64,000 bases of DNA from Octopus vulgaris (Eukaryota), in assembly GCA_951406725.2 (NCBI GenBank), contig OX597822.1:34100001-34164000 (forward strand). The letters run 5' to 3'. A program made the translations under genes and the position numbers. Numbering within the stretch: position 1 is the stretch's first letter; every line of letters begins with the position of its first letter. Below the pieces are notes generated by a model. The model ran no database searches, was not told the DNA's origin, and saw nothing but the letters and a program-made list of their open reading frames with translations. Positions 56,153 to 64,000 of this stretch are shown piece after piece.

Positions 56153-56269
56153 TTAATCTCTCAACGAACAGTTATTTGATCAAACCACTTAAATGCATCT
56201 TTAGAATGAGATAACGGCCTTCCACTTGATTTTCACAATGAAATAGAAACAGGAACCCTATTTATTTAA
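56153..56269 (+). pseudogene. cox1: NUMT: 3' end of mitochondrial cox1
   Basis: With the invertebrate mitochondrial code (TGA=W, ATA=M): LISQRTVIWSNHLNASLEWDNGLPLDFHNEMETGTLFI*, matching the SLEW...P...H COX1 C-terminus. Confidence 0.85.
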
Positions 56270-56280
56270 TTTAATATATT

Positions 56281-56406
56281 ATGACCCAGCAAGGACAATT
56301 AGGAGATCAATACGCAAGCTCACCATTCATAGAGCAACTTCTTTTTTTTCATGACCACTCTATATTTATTCTTACTATTATTCTAACATTAGTTGTATAT
56401 ATTACA
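56281..56406 (+). pseudogene. cox2: NUMT: 5' end of mitochondrial cox2
   Basis: MTQQGQLGDQYASSPFMEQLLFFHDHSMFILTIILTLVVYIT carries the SPxMEQLxxFHDH motif; starts 11 nt after the cox1 stop. Confidence 0.9.
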
Positions 56407-56619
56407 AAAGGTAAAGAAAGTAGCCTTGTGGTTAAGATGTTGTACTTACGACTGCAAAATCATGGTTTCGATCCCTGGACAGAGCAGTACGTCAAATTCT
56501 TGAATTCATTTCACGTTGTACCAGTTCACTCAGTTGTATATTGAATAACCACGCGACAGACTGACCCTGACCATTAAGCCACGCGACTTCGTTTATATAA
56601 ACATATAGATAGGAATGGC

Positions 56620-57043
56620 TTCAGGCGCAGGCTTCCCAGCCACATGGCTCCGGGTTTAGTTCCACTGCGTGGCACCTTGGGCAAGTGTCTTTTACTGTAG
56701 CTTCGGGCCGACCAAAGCCTTGAGAGTTGATTTGGCAGACGGAAATCGAAATAAGCCGGTCGTATGCATGCATGCATGCATGTATGTATGTATGTATGTA
56801 TGTATGTATGTATGTATGTATGTATGTATGTATGTATGTGTGTGTGTGTGTCTGTGTTTGTCCGCACATCGTTGCTTGACAACCGATGTTAGTGTGTTTA
56901 CGTCCTCATAACTTAGCGGCTCGGCAAAAGAGACCGATAGAATAAGTACTAGGTTTACAAAGAATAAGTCCTGAGGTCCATTTGTTCAACCAAATGCAGT
57001 GTACCAGCATGGCCGCAGTCGAATGACTGAAACAAGTAAAAGA
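56620..57043 (+). mobile_element. SINE family A
   Basis: Matches the consensus, with a shortened head. Confidence 0.8.
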
Positions 57044-57126
57044 ATACTATATATTTTAGTAATTTTTATTTCTAACACTTTTTAAAAACTTTCCATGTGG
57101 AAAGCACCAGTAATTTATTATTATTA

Positions 57127-57231
<105 letters not shown>

Positions 57232-57309
57232 GTAGTAGTAGTAGTAGTGTTGTTTATTTGTTTAATCTTTAATGCTTCACGAAGATAACCGAAATATTCA
57301 AGAACTGCA

Positions 57310-57342
<33 letters not shown>

Positions 57343-57388
57343 TGTATGTATGTATGTATGTATACATATATATATGTATGTATGTATG

Positions 57389-57425
<37 letters not shown>

Positions 57426-57862
57426 GTATGTATATACTCACACATATATAAATTACAAATAAAATAAAATTAATAATTAAGATTAATAAAAAAAAAAAAA
57501 CTCACACAAACTGATATCAGACATTAGCTTCTCATTAACAGTTCATATTACAAAAACCGTACTGTAATAATCGTACCCAGTCTTCAAAGCCAACAAACCC
57601 AACAACTCGGATGTGTGATTATCTTACGAGAAATATGATAAAACATAATCCGCTTAATCCTGTTTGCGCATGTTAACTTGGCAGTTTCTCGTGTCTGAAA
57701 TACTACGAGGTAAATTGGTGAATTACGTCTTCTCACTTGTTGCTGTCAAGGACGATTCAGTTTAATTTTTTTGTTTTTTTTTGTGGGTGGTTGAGTTAAT
57801 CTGTTGCGCGGTTTAACGTATCACTTGTCGACGGATGTTTTAGCGGAGCCCGTTCTTCAATA

Positions 57863-58005
57863 GAATGAGACGATTTGGCGCAGCTGTCAAGCCGCTGATT
57901 ATTTGGCACTGCTGTGTGTGGACAGTCGGTTAATTTTCGGCGACGGTACATTTTTGGCGCTGGAGGCAAAAAACATAGTATGTGTTGATATATGCACATG
58001 CAGAT

Positions 58006-58071
<66 letters not shown>

Positions 58072-58417
58072 GGTGGTGGAAAGAGAGACACATTACAATA
58101 TATTAATTGAACTCAACCGACATAAATACTTTCCTTCGCCTCATACATATAAACAGCAATATGTTGACATACATAATCGGAGAGAAAGAGAGAAGGAGAG
58201 AGAAACCGAGAGAGAGACCGAGAGAGAGAATGAGGGAGAGAAACAGAGGAAAGGAGGGAAGTAGGGAGAGAACGAGAGAAATACTAAAACGAGAGAAACA
58301 TAAAGAACATTTCTTGTCAAATTTGATATTGACGTATTTGATAACAAAAAAATTAGTATCGAATCAACGACGCCAATAAGCGGCGCCAAAATGCCTGTGC
58401 CAAAATGTCTCATACCC
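57863..58417. mobile_element. Decayed non-autonomous DNA transposon with TTTGGCRC subterminal repeats
   Basis: ATGAGACGATTTGGCGCAG versus CTGTGCCAAAATGTCTCAT; repeated TTTGGCRC on the left and GYGCCAA on the right. Confidence 0.45.
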
Positions 58418-58514
58418 GTTCTGTTGTTATAAGCATCTGGGCTAAGTTTTTTGGTCTGATGAGAACATTCTACTTTCTTCCTAATAACCACCACTACCAA
58501 ATCGACCACCACCA

Positions 58515-59071
58515 GAGGGAACAAACAAGGACAAACAAACGGATTAAGTCGATTATATCGACCCCAGTGCGTAACTGGTACCTATTTAATCCACCCCGAA
58601 AGGATGAAAGGCAACGTCGACCTCGGCGGAAATTGAGCTCAGAACGTAGCGGCAAACGAAATACCTATTTCTTTACTACCCACAAGAGGCGAAATACAGA
58701 GGAGACAAACAAGGACAGACAAACGGATTAAGTCGATTATATCGACCCAGTGCGTAACTGGTACTTATTTAAACGACCCCGAAAGGATGAAAGGCAACGT
58801 CGACCTCGGCGGAAATTGAACTCAGAACGTAGCGGCAAACGAAATACCTATTTCTTTACTACCCACAAGGGGCTAAATACAGAGGAGACAAACAAGGACA
58901 GACAAACGGATTAAGTCGATTATATCGACCCAGTGCGTAACTGGTACTTAATTCATCGACCCCGAAAGGATGAAAGGCAAAGTCAACCTCGGCGGAATTT
59001 GAACTCAGAACGTAACGACAGACGAAATACGGCTACGCATTTCGCCCGGCGTGCTAACGTTTGTGCCAGCT
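58515..59071 (-). mobile_element. SINE family B tandem trimer (~181-bp period)
   Basis: Three near-identical units with the same junction CGAAATACCTATTTCTTTACTACCCACAAG. Confidence 0.9.
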
Positions 59072-59761
59072 TACAACAAGAACGGTATTAACTGAAATAT
59101 GTTGTAGGAAATGTCATTCTTTAGCTATCAAAATTATTTGAAGCGTTTATTAACTCATAAATTGTTGAGAAGTAAGTTAATGTCCTTATCCAGTAACACG
59201 GCTATTCCAGACAGGAAAAGGAAACACTTTAAATATTTTCTTGTTATGTGATAGCTTACTACTCTGTAAACGAATAACACGGCTACATCATGTATATATT
59301 AAGATCCCTTCCTTAGGAAATATATTCACAAGCTCTTAAAAAAGTGCATCCGCCTCTTTAGTTTCCGTCAATGGATAACAAACACTGCACAGGTGAAATT
59401 GCTGGACAGTTGTTGAGCCAAAATGCTCCGTAAGGCTCAAGACGGCTAACAGGTTAGAGAATATCAACAGTGTTGACATCTCCGCTGTTGTACTGTTGGT
59501 GACCACAAAAATTCGATGTGAATCGAAGTTCGTCGGTCACACCATGCAATCTCCTGACTTCATCATTTCACGCGTGGTTCTTGGAAGGTAACAAATGTAG
59601 ACGTGCTGAGAAAGTATATCACCTAGGCCAGTACTGATGACCTAAGCTTTCAAGTTCTGGACCGAGATGTGTAGAGGTGTGTCATCTCGTAAGCCCAAGT
59701 TAATCCCATGGGCCTTGACTTGATGACAACGATATTAGAATGTGGTTTGTCCGCGTTACTT

Positions 59762-59968
59762 CTTTAAGAGCATAGGGCCGGATTCCTGGTTTCCCTTGAT
59801 GGGATGCCGATCCTTCGGAAGAAAATTCATTTTTAGCAGCTGGGTGGACTGGAGCAACGTCAAATGAAGTGTTTTGCTCAAGAACACAACCATCGCCCGG
59901 TCCAGGAATTGAATCACATATTTACGATTATTGGTCCAACATCTTAACCACTAAGCTTTGCCCCTCCA
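59762..59968 (-). mobile_element. SINE, body-2 + tail-Y type (diverged)
   Basis: Similar to 32183-32430. Confidence 0.65.
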
Positions 59969-60651
59969 TGATATTAGAATGTAGTTAGAGATAATAATCA
60001 ACTGCTGATCAGTTTAAGATTAATTACATATTTCCACTAATCCTAGTTTGTTTATTTTGTACAGAAATACATAAAAAGCCCCAGAAAACCTATCATCGAC
60101 TCCAAGAGATAAAATGTATGACTTTCTTAATATTACAGAATCTATATTTCAACACCAGTTTTATGAACACCTGAGCTTTGCAATTTCAAAAAAGTTAGAT
60201 TAAGCAAATCTAATGCCTCGTTCTTACCTTTTACTGCTTTTGATTATCTTTGCTATTATGAATAAACCCATGTTGAATCGGAGCCTTTCATCCGGTCAAT
60301 CGAGACTAATAGTTCTTAACGTGAATAGTAGGGTCCCATTAGAGATTTTGTGAGTTCACAAAAGGGAAGCAGGTGTCAAGGGGGCGCTTTGGGAGACGCT
60401 GGGGTCTTATAAATCTGATTTTTCTTAGAATGTAAATATTTAAACTAGGTACAATGCATATACTTTAAAGAAAAATCTTGGTTTGGGTCCCACTCACATA
60501 TAGATTCATACATAATATTTTTCAATAAAATTTGCGATAAATTCACCGCTAACGTTTAAAATTTTATGGGCCAAGAAATTAAAAGTACTTCAAATTAATA
60601 AAAAAAAAAAAAATTCGGGGAGTGGGTCTGACCTTTGGTAGTATGGTGATA

Positions 60652-60694
60652 ACTCCAGATATTTTTCGATCTTATTAGTTTTCATCAGCGGAAC
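60652..60694 (-). ncRNA. Degenerate hammerhead motif
   Basis: Minus strand GTTCCG-CTGATGA-AAACTAATAAGATC-GAAA-AATATC-TGGAGT: stem I pairs with wobbles, stems II and III eroded; inverted copy of the downstream flank at about 60727-60750. Confidence 0.4.
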
Positions 60695-60976
60695 ATAGTC
60701 AAATAATTACTACCACGTTACACTTCTATCTGGAGTTGTCATCATATTGTCAATGAGCAGAGTCCCTCCACATTGTATTTCTATAGATTTCAGCTAACTG
60801 TCTTAAAACTGTATATAACTTTAATAATAATAACTCAGCTCTGACACTAAGATATTTAATCAGAAACTACTCTGGAGTATAGTCATGAGGACCCCATCAT
60901 TATCAACACTGAACTTCTCTTTATTAGATTCTCCTACGTGTCAAGTAAGCGGTATGTCGGTATGTCGGTATATCGG

Positions 60977-61135
60977 GGAGCTGGCAGAATCGATAGCACG
61001 TCGGGCGAAATGCTTAGCGGTATTCCGTCTGCGTTACGTTGTGAGTTCAAATTCCACCGAGGTCGACTTTGCTTTTCATCCTTTCGGATGTAATCGACTG
61101 GGGTCGATATAATCGGCTTAATCCGTTTGTCTGTC
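60977..61135 (+). mobile_element. SINE family B (partial)
   Basis: Matches the family B consensus. Confidence 0.7.
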
Positions 61136-61829
61136 ACTATTTGAATCTATCAGTTAGAAAAAAAGTCAACCGCTTCCTTTCTGTCCCACTTGAAGAAGAG
61201 TTATTCGTGAGCGTATAAGACGCATGTTTTAGTATTTTTAAATATATCCAAAAATTGCCCTGCATCTAATGCAGCTGTATTATAACGGTTGAGAGACCGA
61301 GTGCCGTAGATTAGGGAGCTGAATGAGATTAAGTCTGCTAGACAATAAATATTACCAATAATCCTTTCTACTATTGGCTATGGTACGTCACCCGCATCAG
61401 TGACGGGGCGTAAAGAGGAGAGTAAGTTCGTAGACTGGGGTGGCATCATTGGCAAGGCAAGTGCAAGTAAGTCCTTAGCTTCCCGTTTCAGGGATATGAG
61501 AAAGACGTCGGTAGCAGGACGTTGGATAACCGACAAGGCGGAGGAAATTTAGATCAATGGCTTGAAGATTATCAGACACCGGTTGCGCGTCAACTAGCAA
61601 GTGAGCTTCTACTGTAGGGCAGCCTCATCGTTGACCCGGCTTGTTGCACTCTTGTAGAACATTTGGTATCTGGCGTGGAGGCCTAGAGAGAGAGAGAGAG
61701 AGAGGGGGGGAGTCTGGTTGGGGGTGGGGACAAGCCAACTGTGTTACCCGCCAGCCAAGGCATTTTGTTCAGAAAAGTGGTCTGAACAGAACAGTCAGCG
61801 CCGGCCTACGACAGACAGCCGCCGCTACT

Positions 61830-62036
61830 ATAGGCACAAGGTCTGAAATTTTTTGAGGAGGGAACTTGTCGACTATATCGACCCTAGTGCTTGACTGGTG
61901 CTTATTTCATCGATCCCCGAGAGAATGAAAGGCAAAAATCGGCCTCGGCGGAGTTTGAACTCAGAAGATAAAGCCGGAAGGAAAGTCTCTAAGCATTTTG
62001 CCCGACTCGCTAACGACTTTGCCATCACGCCGCCTT
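61830..62036 (-). mobile_element. SINE family B (diverged)
   Basis: Reverse complement of the family B consensus. Confidence 0.7.
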
Positions 62037-62150
62037 CATTGTTACTAAAAATAATATTTTGGAAACAAGCCAAATTGTCACAGGCCACAAGCTTACGAAA
62101 AGTTTCTTACAGTACATCGGCAGTTATGTGGCGGTCACATCATTTCATTA

Positions 62151-62329
62151 TGGGATATATGGAAGCACTCCGTCGGTTACGACGATGAGGGTTCCGGTTG
62201 ATCCGAATCAACGGAACAGCCTGCTCGTGAAATTAACGTAAACACTCACAACGCCCGGTCTGGGAATCGAAACCGCGATCCTACGACCGCGAGTCCGCTG
62301 CCCTAACCACTGGGCCATTGCGCCTCCAC
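62151..62329 (-). mobile_element. Internally deleted copy of the body-1 + tail-X SINE, with TSD
   Basis: Head and tail tip nearly identical to 63591-63969 with ~210 bp missing; direct repeat CACATCATTTCATTA at 62136-62150 and 62327-62341. Confidence 0.85.
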
Positions 62330-62677
62330 ATCATTTCATTAAAACGCCTTCCTCAACGTTCATAACTTATGAATATACAACACCTGATATATGCCTTACG
62401 TTATTTAACGGCAGTATTACTTTTCGAAACATTTTTTTAATTACCTAAATAAAAAAAAAAATTCTCCTAGAAACGCGAAAGGAATATTAAATTTTCTTCC
62501 ACCTGTAAGTTATTTGCAATGAATGGATGACAACAAAAGTACAGCAGAGGTGCACCAACCTGGTGGTGGTGATGGGGACGCTGATCACGGTCACATAAAA
62601 CATTAAGGACCAATAATACGAGTTGTACATCTCTTAAATGATAGCAATTCTCTTGACTAAAATATAAACAACTATAC

Positions 62678-62838
62678 AGGCGCAGGAGTGGCTGTGTGGT
62701 AAGTTGCTTGCTTACCAACCACATGGTTCTGGGTTCATTCCCACTGCGTGGCACCTTGGGCAAGGGTCTTCCACTATAGCCTCGGGCCGACCAAAGCCTT
62801 GTGAGTGGATTTGGTAGACGGAAACTGAAAGAAGCCCG

Positions 62839-62886
<48 letters not shown>

Positions 62887-62994
62887 ATCACGTGACTGAC
62901 CAGACCATCAGATGTTGTTACACATCGCTGGTCACAATGGGTTCGCATTGTTTTAGCCTTCGAATGACGCCACCCCGCTGGCTAAGCGAGCAGG

Positions 62995-63081
<87 letters not shown>

Positions 63082-63300
63082 GTGTATGTGTGTGTGTTTG
63101 TGTGTCTGTGTTTGTCCCCCCAACATCGCTTGACCGATGGTGGTGTGTTTACGTCCCCGTAACCTAGCGGTTCGGCAAAAAGAGACCGATAGAATAAATA
63201 CTAGGCTTACAAAGAATAAGTCCTGGGGGTGATTTGCTCGACTAAAGGCGGTGCTCTAGCATGGCCGCAGTCAAATGACTGAAACAAGTAAAAGACAAAA
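62678..63300 (+). mobile_element. SINE family A with a ~118-bp insertion (62881-62998) in its (TA)n
   Basis: Near-consensus 5' and 3' halves; insertion flanked by TA repeats. Confidence 0.85.
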
Positions 63301-63590
63301 AAATAAAAGAGTTCGACTGACAGTTGAAATACCCGTATTCGTATAACGTAATCTATGTATGATAAATTTGTTGCTTCATACTGTATCCTAGTGAGTCTAG
63401 GACGTTTATCCATCATGGACAACAACTTCCCAAAAATAATTACCCTTGAGGACAACAGATTATGATTTAAAACTTCTTAATATATTGGAAAGGGGGTAAT
63501 TAACCAACGGGGTTAATTTTCCTAGGGGCTTGTTGTCGTCGGGGGGGTTGGGGTGATTGTCCTGATACGATTCTAGTATACTGTCACTGC

Positions 63591-63969
63591 GTGGAGGCGC
63601 AATGGCCCAGTGGTTAGGGCAGCGGACTCGCGGTCGTAGGATCGCGGTTTCGATTCCCAGACCGGGCGTTGTGAGTGTTTATTGAGCAAAAATAACTAAA
63701 GCTCCACGAGGCTCCGGCAGGGGATGGTGGTGATCCCTGCTGTACTCTTTCACCACAACTTTCTCTTACTTCCTGTTTCTGTTGTATCTGTATTTCAAAG
63801 GGCCGGCCTTATCACTCTCTTGTGTCACGCTGAATATCCCCGAGAACTACGTTAAGGGTGCACGTGTCTGTGGAGAGCTCAGCCACTTACACGTTAATTT
63901 CACGAGCAGGCTGTTCCGTTGATTCGGATCAACCGGAACCCTCGTCGTCGTAACCGACGGAGTGCTTCC
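63591..63969 (+). mobile_element. Full-length young SINE, body-1 + tail-X type
   Basis: tRNA-like head TGGCCCAGTGGTTAGGGCAGCGGACTCGCGG..GTTTCGATTCC; 11-bp TSD ACTGTCACTGC at 63580-63590 and 63970-63980. Confidence 0.9.
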
Positions 63970-64000
63970 ACTGTCACTGCACAGAATCATAAATTTTCCT

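Noticed and set aside
56281-56544. Functional nuclear cox2 gene (87-aa ORF)
   Set aside because: Similarity ends after about 42 codons, where a decayed SINE-like sequence begins; no targeting peptide or CuA domain
58515-59071. CRISPR-like array
   Set aside because: Units are whole ~181-bp SINE copies without unique spacers; eukaryotic context, no cas genes
59100-61800. Candidate exon 2 of the PDZ gene in unique-looking sequence (also checked about 33800-34300)
   Set aside because: No AG-preceded frame resembling the rest of a PDZ domain was found
63591-63665. tRNA gene
   Set aside because: The tRNA-like sequence continues into a SINE body and tail and is bounded by a TSD; the same applies to the other SINE heads

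Overview
AT-rich eukaryotic nuclear DNA dense in microsatellites and transposons, most likely from an octopod cephalopod (inferred from a cox1-cox2 mitochondrial insertion and the SINE/microsatellite landscape). Almost all listed ORFs are translations of simple repeats. The one credible host coding segment is the first exon (29268-29375, +) of a PDZ-domain gene of the Zasp/ALP-Enigma (PDZ-LIM) type. I found no second exon, so the rest of the window may be one >34-kb intron. The remainder is a nested TE mosaic: several tRNA-headed SINE families with swapped body and tail modules, two Helitrons (one a RepHel deletion derivative), RTE/BovB-like, CR1-like and R4/Dong-like LINE fragments, and MITEs. 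There is also a ~1.8-kb tandem duplication that may be an assembly artefact. The most notable signal is a set of short islands, mostly embedded in (TA)n, carrying type I hammerhead ribozyme motifs. One motif is structurally complete (37729-37781, -) and one nearly so (13724-13769, +), consistent with Penelope-like/retrozyme-type elements. All calls were made by eye; SINE boundaries are approximate and family letters are my own labels.
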